Source: a plasmid. From it: a stretch of 64,000 bases of DNA. The stretch's first letter is position 1. The number at the start of each line of letters is the position of its first letter. Where the stretch lies: NCBI RefSeq assembly GCF_056746865.1, contig NZ_JBWKMP010000003.1, one strand, 5' to 3'. Positions 35,231 to 44,314 of this stretch are shown here, piece by piece. Position numbers and translations under genes: made by a program. The notes under the pieces were generated by a model. It saw only the letters and a list, made by a program, of their open reading frames with translations. It was not told the origin of the DNA and made no database searches.

Positions 35231-35904
35231 AACGCAGAGCGCAAATCGTAGGGACCAAACACCCTGCCGGACTTATGCGAGCGCAGGTCCGCATACTGCC
35301 TGACTGGAACGGTGTACCGGATGAAGACCTCCCATGGGCAGAGTATCAAATGCCTATCGGTAACGCCTTTACACCTACAGTCAGCGGCGATTTAGTCTGG
35401 GTCGAATTTCCTTATCTGGATGCTAAAGGCAGGATAGACACGCGCCGACCTTTAATCGTTGGCGCGGCGCAGGATGCCCCAGGAGGCGTACCAAATGTGC
35501 CTCCGGAAGCCTCCGGACAAGGAAACGGATGGTCGCCAGAAGAAGTTGATGGTGCTCCTGCCCGCCCCCAGTTTTCGGCGACTGAAGATTTTGTTATTCA
35601 CCGAAACAATATCCTTGAGGTCAGAACGGCTGGCGGTGGCTATGAAATAGCAAACACCGCCGCAGGATCAAGGATAGGGATGAACGAATCCGGCCAGATT
35701 TACATAATCGGCCCGGCGAATATAGTGCTTAATGCTGGAGGTGAGGTTAACGTCAAATCAAGCAGCAAAACCAATGTATCCTCAGATGGAGACGTTAATG
35801 TAAAAGGCAGCAATGTAACCGTCGCCGCTGATGGTGATATAGCCCTGAAAGCTGGTGGCGCGCTAAAAGCAACAGCGAGCAATTTCTCCTTTGTGAAGGG
35901 ATAG
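35227..35904 (+). CDS. baseplate spike protein (gpV/gp5-like OB-fold plus beta-helix)
   Basis: 225 aa. N-terminal RAQVRILPDWNG...WAEY..P.G....PTVSGDLVWVEF matches the Phage_base_V OB domain. C-terminal repeats VNVKSSSKTNVSSDGDVNVKGSNVTVAADGDIALKAGG look like a beta-helix. Confidence 0.6.
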   Translation: MKRRAQIVGTKHPAGLMRAQVRILPDWNGVPDEDLPWAEYQMPIGNAFTPTVSGDLVWVEFPYLDAKGRIDTRRPLIVGAAQDAPGGVPNVPPEASGQGNGWSPEEVDGAPARPQFSATEDFVIHRNNILEVRTAGGGYEIANTAAGSRIGMNESGQIYIIGPANIVLNAGGEVNVKSSSKTNVSSDGDVNVKGSNVTVAADGDIALKAGGALKATASNFSFVKG

Positions 35905-35911
35905 CAAAATG

Positions 35912-35956
35912 CAAAACTGTGTTAGATAATTGAGTTTTATTTTCTAACACAGTTTT
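35912..35956. promoter_or_regulatory. 15-bp perfect inverted repeat CAAAACTGTGTTAGA...TCTAACACAGTTTTG carrying the TCTAACA operator motif
   Basis: 15-nt spacer; sits directly upstream of rdgC. Confidence 0.45.
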
Positions 35957-35963
35957 GCGAAAC

Positions 35964-36869
35964 ATGAGATTAGTCGCCTTTAAAAACATATACGTCTATC
36001 GCCTTGCCCGCGAAATTAAACTGGACTCAACCACCGTTAGTGATGCCTTAAGCCAATTCACATTCACTCCATGCGCATCACAAGAAATGGCAAAAGTCGG
36101 ATGGGTGCCGGTTCTGGCTGACAACCTGATCCATGAATACCACGGTTTTCTACTTCTCCAGCAACAGCGAGAAATTAAGCTCCTGCCCTCTCATGTCATT
36201 AAGGAGGAAGTGCAGAAAAAAGTGGAAAAGCTCGAAAATGAGCAATCTCGTAAGCTGAAGAAGTCGGAAAAAAACACCCTGAAGGATGAAGTTCTCCACT
36301 CTTTGTTGCCTCGCGCATTCACTCGCAAATCATTGTCGCGAATCCTTATTGATCGCGACAACTATCTGGTCTTCGTAGAAGCTTCCAGCGCCAGAAAAGC
36401 AGAAGAAATGCTGGCGCTCTTACGTAAATCACTTGGCAGCCTGCCAGTGATTCCATTCACGCCGATAGAACCGCTCGAAATGACTATGACCGAATGGTTC
36501 AAGTCAACATTTCCTCAAGGCTTTAAAGCAGGCGAAGAAGCCATATTGAAATCTCTGTTCGATGACGGCGGCGCAGTTCGTTGCAAGAAAGTAGACCTAC
36601 AGTCAGAGGAAATAATGACTCATATTGAAGCCGGAAAAGTTGCAACAACAGTTGCAATCAACTGGCAGGACCGCGCGACCTTCAGGTTAAACGATGACAT
36701 GAGCATCAAAGCACTGACGTTTTGCGATGATCTCTATGACCAGAACGATGACATCGACCGTGAAGATGTTGCCCAGCGATTTGATGCTGACTTCATTCTG
36801 TTCACAAGCGAATTATCCGCGATGTTTAGCTCGCTGGTGGAGGCCATTGGCGGTGAAGCAGAGCATTAA
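35964..36869 (+). CDS. rdgC: recombination-associated protein RdgC
   Basis: 301 aa, collinear with E. coli RdgC: FKNxxVYRL, FTPCxSQxMAKxGWVP, KLLPSxVIKQ, KLKKxEKxxLKDEVLHSLLPRAF, ALLRKSLGSLPVxP, EDIDREDxAQRFDADFIL. Confidence 0.85.
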   Translation: MRLVAFKNIYVYRLAREIKLDSTTVSDALSQFTFTPCASQEMAKVGWVPVLADNLIHEYHGFLLLQQQREIKLLPSHVIKEEVQKKVEKLENEQSRKLKKSEKNTLKDEVLHSLLPRAFTRKSLSRILIDRDNYLVFVEASSARKAEEMLALLRKSLGSLPVIPFTPIEPLEMTMTEWFKSTFPQGFKAGEEAILKSLFDDGGAVRCKKVDLQSEEIMTHIEAGKVATTVAINWQDRATFRLNDDMSIKALTFCDDLYDQNDDIDREDVAQRFDADFILFTSELSAMFSSLVEAIGGEAEH

Positions 36870-37533
36870 TAACCGACCGCTGGCGGTGAGTCTTTGTGAT
36901 TATACAGGGAATATGGTTTCCCCCTGGCTGGAACACGGCATTGATGCAGTCATTGTCGATCCGCAACACCAGGAGTCCGGCAGCCAATTGATGGAGTCAG
37001 GTGCTGTACTCACACGTATCAGCGCAATTATTGACAGTGATGAGGTCTACAATTTCCTTCGGAAAAATTTGCACAGAGTTGTATTTTTAGCCGGTTTCCC
37101 TCCATGTACTGACCTGGCTGTATCTGGCGCACGCTGGTTCGCAGATAAAGCAAAAAAAGATCCGGTTTTCCAGTTCAAAGCAATGCAGGTTGTCTGGCAG
37201 TGTTACGACATTGCAAAGATGATTGGTTGCCCGTACATGATTGAAAACCCGGTCAGCCAAATATCGACATTCTGGCGTAAACCTGATCACATATTCCATC
37301 CTTATCACTTCACTGCATATTGCAAGGAAGACAATTACACCAAAAAAACATGCCTGTGGAGCGGACAAGGATTCATCATGCCAACTCCGCGAATCGACAA
37401 GTCGTTAGGTGATCCAGATAACCGAATACACAAGGCACCGCCAGGGCCTGAAAGAGCGAATTTTCGTAGCGCGACACCTTACGGTTTTGCAAGAGCTGTA
37501 TTTGAAGCAAATAAGGAGGGAATCCGTGGCTGA
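36850..37533 (+). CDS. short C5-cytosine DNA methyltransferase-like protein
   Basis: 227 aa from a GTG start with GGAGG RBS. Motif I-like LCDYTGNM, PC motif LAGFPPCTDLAVSG, ENV-like MIENPVSQ. No target-recognition domain is apparent. Confidence 0.45.
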   Translation, partial: AVKQSINNRPLAVSLCDYTGNMVSPWLEHGIDAVIVDPQHQESGSQLMESGAVLTRISAIIDSDEVYNFLRKNLHRVVFLAGFPPCTDLAVSGARWFADKAKKDPVFQFKAMQVVWQCYDIAKMIGCPYMIENPVSQISTFWRKPDHIFHPYHFTAYCKEDNYTKKTCLWSGQGFIMPTPRIDKSLGDPDNRIHKAPPGPERANFRSATPYGFARAVFEANKEGIRG

Positions 37534-38274
37534 TATTGGTGCTAAATTTATTTCTTATAGCGACAATCATCGTCCTGCGGCGGAAGCCACTATCAGCCAT
37601 ATGCGACGTATTCGCTCGGAGGACGAATTTGATCGCCCAGTCTTTAAGTGGGTCGGCGGCAAATTTTCTGCACTGCCCATTATCTTCGAACACCTGCCCC
37701 ACGGAAAACGGTTGATAGAACCTTTCGTTGGAGGTGGCGCTGTTTTCACTAATGCCGGATTTAAAAGCAACCTGCTGAACGATATCAATAATGACCTGAT
37801 TAACTTCTATCAGACATTGCAGCGTGAAGGGCATTCTCTTATCACACTGGCATATCGTTTTTTTCAGGATTACAACTCTGCTGATGCATTTTTGAATGTT
37901 CGCAATGCATTCAACAATGGTGCTTATGATTCCCTTCACCATGCAGCGGCGTTCCTGTATCTCAATCGTCATTGTTTTAATGGCGTCACTCGCTATAACC
38001 GTAAAGGAGAGTTCAACGTCGGATATGGAAAGCAGAAATCACCCCACTTCCCTCTCGCGGAAATGGAGGCGTTCCTGGCTGACGATATTTCAAAGTATTC
38101 GGAATTTGTGTCCGGCGATTTTGCTGGTGTAATTGAGGCTGCCGGGAATGATGATGTGATTTTCTGCGATCCCCCCTATGAACCATTGCCTGACACTACC
38201 GGATTTACAAATTACTCAGGGCATAGCTTTAGGTTTGAAGATCAACAACGGCTGGTGTCACTGCTGGTGGATGC
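37527..38274 (+). pseudogene. Dam-like N6-adenine DNA methyltransferase, 5' portion, interrupted by IS2
   Basis: GTG start after AAGGAGG. FKWVGGKF (Dam LKWAGGK-like motif I) and DPPY (motif IV). The frame is broken at the IS2 junction after ...LLVDA. Confidence 0.7.
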
Positions 38275-38285
38275 TGGATTTGCCC

Positions 38286-39191
38286 CTATATTTCCAGACA
38301 CCTGTTATCACTTAACCCATTACTGGCCCGCTGCCGTAGATATTCCCGTGGCGAGCGATAACCCAGTGCACTATGCGGATGCCATTCGTTATAATGCTCG
38401 AACGCCTCTGCAAGGTTCTTTGCTGCCGTTAACCCGTCTGGTTTAGGCATGATACTGATGTAGTCACGCTTTATCGTTTTCACGAAGCTCTCTGCTATGC
38501 CGTTACTCTCCGGACTCCGCACCGCCGTGTTCTTCGGTTCAAGCCCCAACATCCGGGCAAACTGCCGTGTTTCATTAGCCCGGTAGCATGAACCATTATC
38601 CGTCAGCCACTCTACTGGAGACGCCGGAAGCTCGTTGCCGAAGCGGCGTTCCACCGCTCCCAGCATTACGTCCTGTACTGTTTCACTGTCGAAGCCGCCC
38701 GTAGTGACTGCCCAGTGCAGTGCCTCACGGTCACAGCAGTCCAGCGCGAACGTGACTCGCAGTTTTTCTCCGTTATCACAGCGGAACTCGAACCCGTCAG
38801 AGCACCATCGTTGATTGCTTTCTTTCACGGCCACTTTGCCAGTATGTGCCCGTTTCGATGGCGGTACAGCGGTTTTTCGCTCAAGCAACAGCGCATTCTG
38901 GCGCATGATCCGGTAAACACGTTTGGCATTGATCGCAGGCATACCATCAAGTTCGGCCTGTCTGCGAAGCAGCGCCCATACCCGACGATAACCATACGTG
39001 GGCAGCTCTCCGATAACATGGTGTATACGGAGAAGCACATCCGTATCATCTGAGTGACGGCTGCGGCGACCATCTTTCCAGTCATCGGTTCGTCTGAGAA
39101 TGACGTGCAACTGCGCACGCGACACCCGGAGACAACGGCTGACTAAGCTTACTCCCCATCCCCGGGCAATAAGGGCGCGTGCGCTATCCAC
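38286..39191 (-). CDS. insD: IS2 transposase InsD (orfB; DDE integrase domain)
   Basis: 301 aa beginning [29 protein letters not shown]... Expressed as an InsCD fusion by -1 frameshifting. Confidence 0.9.
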
Positions 39192-39514
39192 TTTTTTGCA
39201 CGCCCGTATTCAACGGCTTCTTTAAGGAGTTCATTTTCCATCGTTTTTTTGCCGAGCAGGCGCTGGAGTTCTTTAATCTGCTTCATGGCAGCAGCAAGTT
39301 CAGAGGCAGGAACGACCTGCTCTCCTGCGGCCACAGCAGTAAGACTTCCCTCCTGGTATTGCTTGCGCCAGAGAAATAACTGGCTGGCTGCCACACCGTG
39401 TTGCCGGGCAACAAGGGAGACCGTCATTCCCGGTTCAAAACTCTGCTGAACAATAGCGATCTTTTCCTGTGTAGTACGCCGTCTGCGTTTCTCCGGTCCT
39501 AAGACATCAATCAT
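39149..39514 (-). CDS. insC: IS2 InsC (orfA; HTH)
   Basis: 121 aa beginning [41 protein letters not shown]... Confidence 0.9.
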
Positions 39515-39605
39515 CTGCTCTCCAATGACTAGTCTAAAAACTAGTATTAAGACTATCACTTATTTAAGTGATATTGGTTGTCTGGAGATTCAGGGGGCCA
39601 GTCTA

Positions 39606-39779
39606 GATGCCCACAGACGCGGAGCGAAAATTGTGATAACAAACAGTGGTGCGCCTAACATTCGCGAACTTTACGTTGGCAATGGCTTCAAGGTGTATCC
39701 TATGCCATCCCGTCGCTCTGTATCCTGTAAAGCATCAACGCGAATGATAGCTAACGACATTATAGCCACACTTAATTAA
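39606..39779 (+). pseudogene. Dam-like methyltransferase, 3' portion, displaced by IS2
   Basis: Continues in frame through the target duplication (...VDA|[15 protein letters not shown]...). Resembles the E. coli Dam C-terminus (RGAKVLVSNHDT). Confidence 0.6.
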
Positions 39780-39799
39780 GAAAAGCCCCATATGGGGCT

Positions 39800-39905
39800 T
39801 TTATAACATCAAACAAGCACCGTTACGGTACACTAACAACACCATTCTGGTACTAAAAAGGAATCAAAGTAGCCTCAAAATAACACATGGACCCAAAACG
39901 GTGTC
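39800..39905. repeat. centromere-like repeat block downstream of the parFG-like operon
   Basis: AACAACACCATTCTGGTACTAAAAAGGA and AGCCTCAAAATAACACATGGACCCAAAACGGTG; both units recur, permuted, upstream of the operon at 40986..41075. Confidence 0.4.
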
Positions 39906-39914
39906 ATTCCGGCG

Positions 39915-40202
39915 TCATTTTGTATCCTCAGACTCTGCAAGCATGAGGATAGCATGGCGGATCATATTCAATTTGCTGCGATTATGCTTTTTGCTTAACG
40001 CATCAAGTACCTGGTACTCGTATTCATTGAAGCCAACACGAATGGATTTAAAATCACGTGGGGCGTCCTTATCGAGCACTTTGTTGTCTTCTGGTTGCTC
40101 ACCCGGCACCAAATCAGCTTTGCTGGCAAAAGCCTCAATTCGGCGTTCAAGATCGAGGTCTTTTACTTCGGGGGCTTTTACCGATTTACGAGGCTTAATC
40201 AC
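39915..40202 (-). CDS. small partition protein (ParG/ribbon-helix-helix type, by size, position and predicted C-terminal helices)
   Basis: 95 aa immediately downstream of, and overlapping, the ParA-type ATPase gene. Confidence 0.5.
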   Translation of the reverse strand: MIKPRKSVKAPEVKDLDLERRIEAFASKADLVPGEQPEDNKVLDKDAPRDFKSIRVGFNEYEYQVLDALSKKHNRSKLNMIRHAILMLAESEDTK

Positions 40203-40836
40203 TTAATAACTCCTTAACCAACATCTGGATTTCACCTTTAGCTTTCCCGTTGTCCATCTCAACAACGCCCTTCCCTTCAGCCATACAATCGCGGTAAACC
40301 TTGCGATCGCGAATGATGGTTTTCAGCAACTTCAGTTGCGGATATTCAGCCAGGTACTCTTTGGCCTCATTGGCTTCATTCACAACCGGATTGGATGGGG
40401 CCATTGTTAAAACTGCGCACGCCTTAATGCTAGGATTAGGCATCAGATCCAAAGCCTCTTCAAAGACTTCAACAAAATGCGCCAGCGTGTCTAAATCTGG
40501 CTGAGATGGCCTGAATGGAACAAGCAAAACATCCGCCGCAGTAATACCGGTGCGCATCTCTTTGCTATCACGACCAGCGGTATCAACAACCACAAATTCA
40601 TAACGCTTGTCCAGATCAAGAAGTGTTTCACGAATATTCCCAAACTTCTGGACGCAATGAATTACTGGAGAAACCTCTGCCGCATTACGGTCCGATGCCC
40701 AACGGGCAGATGTTCCTTGCTTATCTGCATCAAGTAGAACTACGTCCTTATTTGCGCGGGCAAGCTCCGCACAAATGTTTACGCTGGTGGTTGATTTGCC
40801 ACAGCCACCTTTTTGGCTGGCTACCAATATAATCAT
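40195..40836 (-). CDS. ParA/ParF-type partition ATPase (small type Ib)
   Basis: 213 aa with deviant Walker A KGGCGKST, VVLLDAD, VVVDTAG. Confidence 0.8.
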   Translation of the reverse strand: MIILVASQKGGCGKSTTSVNICAELARANKDVVLLDADKQGTSARWASDRNAAEVSPVIHCVQKFGNIRETLLDLDKRYEFVVVDTAGRDSKEMRTGITAADVLLVPFRPSQPDLDTLAHFVEVFEEALDLMPNPSIKACAVLTMAPSNPVVNEANEAKEYLAEYPQLKLLKTIIRDRKVYRDCMAEGKGVVEMDNGKAKGEIQMLVKELLSD

Positions 40837-40985
40837 ATCCGTCCCTCGGTGTTATTTTGGTATCAAAATGGCTCCAAACAGAAGCCTTATTGATGCGGTT
40901 TTGGCTCTATAGTGGAGTCACTATGCTTTGCAAAAGTATAACACTAAACACTCGAAATTTGCCCTCTGTTGCATCCTGTTTAACA

Positions 40986-41075
40986 CGAAGTCAGCCTCAA
41001 AGTGGAACCAGACACAAAACAGCACCACAACAACACCGTTTTGGTACTAAAAGAGCACCAAATTAGAACCATAAC
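40986..41075. repeat. centromere-like repeat block upstream of the parFG-like operon
   Basis: AGCCTCAAAGTGGAACCAGACACAAAACAGCAC and AACAACACCGTTTTGGTACTAAAAGAGCA, homologous to the units at 39800..39905. Confidence 0.4.
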
Positions 41076-41080
41076 AGTAT

Positions 41081-41106
41081 AAAAAAGGCTGCAAATTGCA
41101 GCCTTT
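41081..41106. terminator. hairpin AAAAAAGGCTGCAAATTGCAGCCTTT terminating the minus-strand parMR operon
   Basis: 8-bp stem with a T6 tail on the minus strand. Confidence 0.5.
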
Positions 41107-41121
41107 GAAGATGTAGATTTG

Positions 41122-41487
41122 TTAATCAGGGAGTGAGTTTGCCAAATTCTGTGCAGAGCGGCTTTTCGAAACGCCAGGTTTTTTAACATCCGCTGAGGCT
41201 GAGGGGTTTCCTTCAGGGTTTTCCCGAACTTCAGGCGAAATTTCAAGAAATGAAACCAGCATTTTTCTGATCACTTCAGGGCTATTATCACCGGATAAAA
41301 GCGATGCCAACATGGGAGGTAATCTGCTATCAACCTCGCCAAGAGCGATACCTGCAAGCATCGCTGTGCGCGCCATATCATTGCGATCTCTTAATGGATG
41401 GCCCTCAAGTTTTGCATCAGCATATTGCTCACTGGCGTTAAGACCAGGACGAAGATAAAACAATACTTTTCGACGTTCCTGAGACAT
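41122..41487 (-). CDS. parR: ParR-like centromere-binding protein (by position after parM)
   Basis: 121 aa directly downstream of the actin-like ATPase gene. Confidence 0.45.
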   Translation of the reverse strand: MSQERRKVLFYLRPGLNASEQYADAKLEGHPLRDRNDMARTAMLAGIALGEVDSRLPPMLASLLSGDNSPEVIRKMLVSFLEISPEVRENPEGNPSASADVKKPGVSKSRSAQNLANSLPD

Positions 41488-41497
41488 GGCAACCTCA

Positions 41498-42454
41498 TCA
41501 ACCGATAGATTTTAGACCATAGACAAGAGCAAGTTGTGGATCATCAGCAACGAAAAACCTATCGTCACGAATGTTTACCTGCTCACGGATAGCATCAGCA
41601 ACAAGCGGCGCGCCGCCACCAATGACCATAACATGCGTGTATCCTTTGAAATCACTGATCACATCCAGTACGCGTGTACGGAGTCGTTCTATGCTTGACG
41701 AAATGGCTTTCTTAACATCATCAATAGCAGACGGATCGTTAATATTGTCGGTCAAATAATCCTCATCATCACGATTAATGATTAATTGATCGACATTATA
41801 ATTAGAGGTTTCGGTATTCGCTTTTGCAAGTGCCTGTCTGACCTCTTTAGTTACCAGCGAAACGCCGAGATTAGAATCGCCAAATACGCGAGAAACGGCG
41901 GTCATTTGCCCGGCGACCATCGACACATCCAGAGTAGTCCCACCAAGATCAACAATAAGCACAGAATGCGCTGGCACAAGGCTGTCGCACAGACCGATCC
42001 CTGCGGGTATTGACTCCGGGCGCACAGTCACTTTTTTGATAGTAAAAACCTGACCTTTGTTAAGGGTGACTGGTCGCATCAGGCTGGCCTTTTTCCGCTC
42101 AATATTTTTCATGTTGTATTGTGCGTCGTCGTCATAAAACTCTGCCAGTGGCAACGTGACAACTATTTCCACTTCTTGAGGCTCAATGCCACTTGTAAGC
42201 AGGGCATGATGAACAGCAAGCACATTAAGCGGGCTGTATTGCCATTCAACGTTATTCGTCGGCAGCACATCCGGCGAGATCAAGTCATATGAATATTTTT
42301 CGTCATCAATGATGTAGTTAAACGGCTTTCCTGCGCCAAATGTGGCGGACCATCCACGTTTAAAACTGTTCGGACAGATATGGGTTCGAGTTTCCCCGTC
42401 TTGTTCCCACAGCATTTTGATATTGGTAGAACCATCGTCGATAAAAATGCGCAT
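41498..42454 (-). CDS. parM: ParM/StbA actin-like segregation ATPase
   Basis: 318 aa from MMRIFIDDGSTNIKM (GGAG RBS), matching the ParM N-terminus (FIDDGSTNIK). Further actin-fold phosphate motifs VLIVDLGGTTLDVS and MVIGGGA. Confidence 0.8.
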   Translation of the reverse strand: MRIFIDDGSTNIKMLWEQDGETRTHICPNSFKRGWSATFGAGKPFNYIIDDEKYSYDLISPDVLPTNNVEWQYSPLNVLAVHHALLTSGIEPQEVEIVVTLPLAEFYDDDAQYNMKNIERKKASLMRPVTLNKGQVFTIKKVTVRPESIPAGIGLCDSLVPAHSVLIVDLGGTTLDVSMVAGQMTAVSRVFGDSNLGVSLVTKEVRQALAKANTETSNYNVDQLIINRDDEDYLTDNINDPSAIDDVKKAISSSIERLRTRVLDVISDFKGYTHVMVIGGGAPLVADAIREQVNIRDDRFFVADDPQLALVYGLKSIG

Positions 42455-42539
42455 CATATTGCTCCACTTCTGAGACACATTTGAGAAAGAATTGAATTTT
42501 ATATGAGAAAACAAAATAAGACCAGAAGTTAGATAGCGT

Positions 42540-42680
42540 AAAAAGCATCAAACAAGAGACGTAAGAGAGACGCAAAAGAGACTTAGATGATACATGATGT
42601 ACCCACGATACCCGTTTGAGACAAATCAGAGACAAATGTGAGAAGTAAGAAATCTGAAGAGTGAAAATCACAAAGTGGAG
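42540..42680. repeat. parC-like iteron array (about 8 copies of (A/T)GAGAC(A)AA(T)) in the divergent region upstream of parM
   Basis: AGAGACGTAAG, AGAGAGACGCAAA, AGAGACTTAGA, TGAGACAAATC, AGAGACAAATG, TGAGAAGTAAG and others. Confidence 0.4.
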
Positions 42681-42706
42681 AAGATTTAAGAAAAAGGAGG
42701 TGTTAG

Positions 42707-42991
42707 ATGAGTGCAATAGCGACCAGTGACACAGTTTGTTCTGGTCATGGAGGATTCCCTCCGCGACCTGTAGCAGAAACAGTTTCCTGGTTTACCGTAA
42801 ATGGAAAGCCAGTGGTTGTAGATGGGGGAGCGTTCCCCAGCCATACAGACGGAAATAGCGCGCACCCCGGATCAGCCGTATCGACGCGCTCATGGTTTGC
42901 AATAGGCGGGAAAGGAGTTGTTTGTGTGGGAGATCCCCTTTCTTGTGGCTCAGTCATCGCCAATGGTGAGGCAATTTTTCAGGTGTCATAA
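42707..42991 (+). CDS. PAAR-like spike-tip protein (tentative)
   Basis: 94 aa with repeated small hydrophobic/Gly motifs and conserved Cys/His (CSGHGG...SHTDG...HPG...GDPLSCGSVIANG). Confidence 0.35.
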   Translation: MSAIATSDTVCSGHGGFPPRPVAETVSWFTVNGKPVVVDGGAFPSHTDGNSAHPGSAVSTRSWFAIGGKGVVCVGDPLSCGSVIANGEAIFQVS

Positions 42992-43785
42992 TGCTTGATT
43001 CAATCGCTGAAGTTAATGCATTCAAAATTCTAAATGCATCAGGCACAACTACGCCTGCATCTATCACGCTAAGTAAAACAGCGTCATCCAATGCCAGTTC
43101 TCTGGAAGAGAATATCCAGGCTCTTATCCTGAAGGATAAAGCATACCCGGCGTCGGTGGTTTCATGGGTCAATCAGCTTTCTGTCTTTTCAGAACAACTG
43201 AAAACTGTCAGTGCAGAAGCAACCAATTTAGCCGACTCGCTGTCTCCGTATACTTCGCCAACTGAATTACTTCAGATGAAAATTGGCTGGGAATGTTACG
43301 TCAAAGGTAATGAGTTATCTCCTGCGCCAGAATTTGCTCTCGTAACAGTTATGGGAGATACCCTGCATCCGCAATCGCTTATTGACGCGTTGGCAGCATT
43401 TGAACTGGTGCCAATCACTTCAGCCATGACCGCTATAAATGCAAAAGTTCAGGCGTCAAGCGGGGAGGCTTCAGGCAACGGAAGTTCCACCGGAACAACA
43501 CAGCAACCAGCACTAACAGAAGAAGAGATCAAAGCACTAAAAGACGCTGTGGAAGCAGCAACAGAACAAATAAATGCAATAAACAACACGAGCAGTAGTC
43601 TCTCAACACTTGTACAGCAAGTTAAGGACTCTACCGGAAAAGCCAAACAGGGACTGGAGAATGCTGTAGCTATTACGTTAACCGGTTCTCTACTGGGCGA
43701 TGAAGTAATGAGTCCGGCAATCAGTTTGATCATGCCACAAGGTGTGATCGATGCGCTCCAAAACAACACTAAAAAGGAACCATAA
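42991..43785 (+). CDS. hypothetical Ser/Thr/Ala-rich protein
   Basis: 264-aa ORF with overlapping stop and start with the upstream gene. Confidence 0.45.
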   Translation: MLDSIAEVNAFKILNASGTTTPASITLSKTASSNASSLEENIQALILKDKAYPASVVSWVNQLSVFSEQLKTVSAEATNLADSLSPYTSPTELLQMKIGWECYVKGNELSPAPEFALVTVMGDTLHPQSLIDALAAFELVPITSAMTAINAKVQASSGEASGNGSSTGTTQQPALTEEEIKALKDAVEAATEQINAINNTSSSLSTLVQQVKDSTGKAKQGLENAVAITLTGSLLGDEVMSPAISLIMPQGVIDALQNNTKKEP

Positions 43786-43855
43786 CCACACCATTTAAGC
43801 CCATAAATGGTTACAAATTGGTACACATATCACACCAACAAAAAATCTGAAGAGG

Positions 43856-44314
43856 ATGGTTTTGAAAAAGATAATTTTGATAGTAGTTGCGCTTTTAGCC
43901 ATTTATGGAATTTACCGTACTACGGCGGCAGTTATCGATCACATCAGGTATATCCGTTCCCTGGAAGACTCAAAATCACAACTTGAAAGCGAGAACAACA
44001 CGCTTTCTACCGCATTGCAGTTAAGTGAAAAATCGCGATCTGCCATGATGGCTGAAAACGAAAGAATTAAAACACTGGAGAAGGAGTACCAGCGCAAAAC
44101 AGCAGAACTGAATACCAGCCTGATCAAACAACGGGAGGAAAGCCAGAATGAAATCAATCGTCTTGAAACTGCGTTACGCAATGCCGGGGTTAATGATGTG
44201 CGTGTGCCTGATGACGTTATCAGGATGCAGCGGGAACGGGCAAAAGAAATCAATCAGCGTGCCAATGCAAATTACCGTAGAAGCCACCAGCAAACCGCAG
44301 GGAAATCTGATTGA
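43856..44314 (+). CDS. i-spanin (Rz-like; N-terminal TM helix plus periplasmic coiled coil)
   Basis: 152 aa. TM segment IILIVVALLAIYGIY followed by a charged heptad-rich region. Confidence 0.55.
   Translation: MVLKKIILIVVALLAIYGIYRTTAAVIDHIRYIRSLEDSKSQLESENNTLSTALQLSEKSRSAMMAENERIKTLEKEYQRKTAELNTSLIKQREESQNEINRLETALRNAGVNDVRVPDDVIRMQRERAKEINQRANANYRRSHQQTAGKSD

Larger units (their letters stand above)
38275..39605 (-). mobile_element. IS2 insertion sequence (IS3 family), complete, 1331 bp, with 5-bp GATGC target-site duplication
   Basis: Ends are TGGATTTGCCCCTAT... and ...CAGGGGGCCAGTCTA. InsC and InsD are near-identical to E. coli IS2 as remembered. GATGC is directly repeated at 38270..38274 and 39606..39610. 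Confidence 0.9.

Noticed and set aside
38715-39449. Plus-strand ORFs inside IS2 (38715..39053, 39179..39379, 39249..39449)
   Set aside because: IS2 encodes only InsC, InsD and the InsCD fusion on the other strand. These are chance frames.
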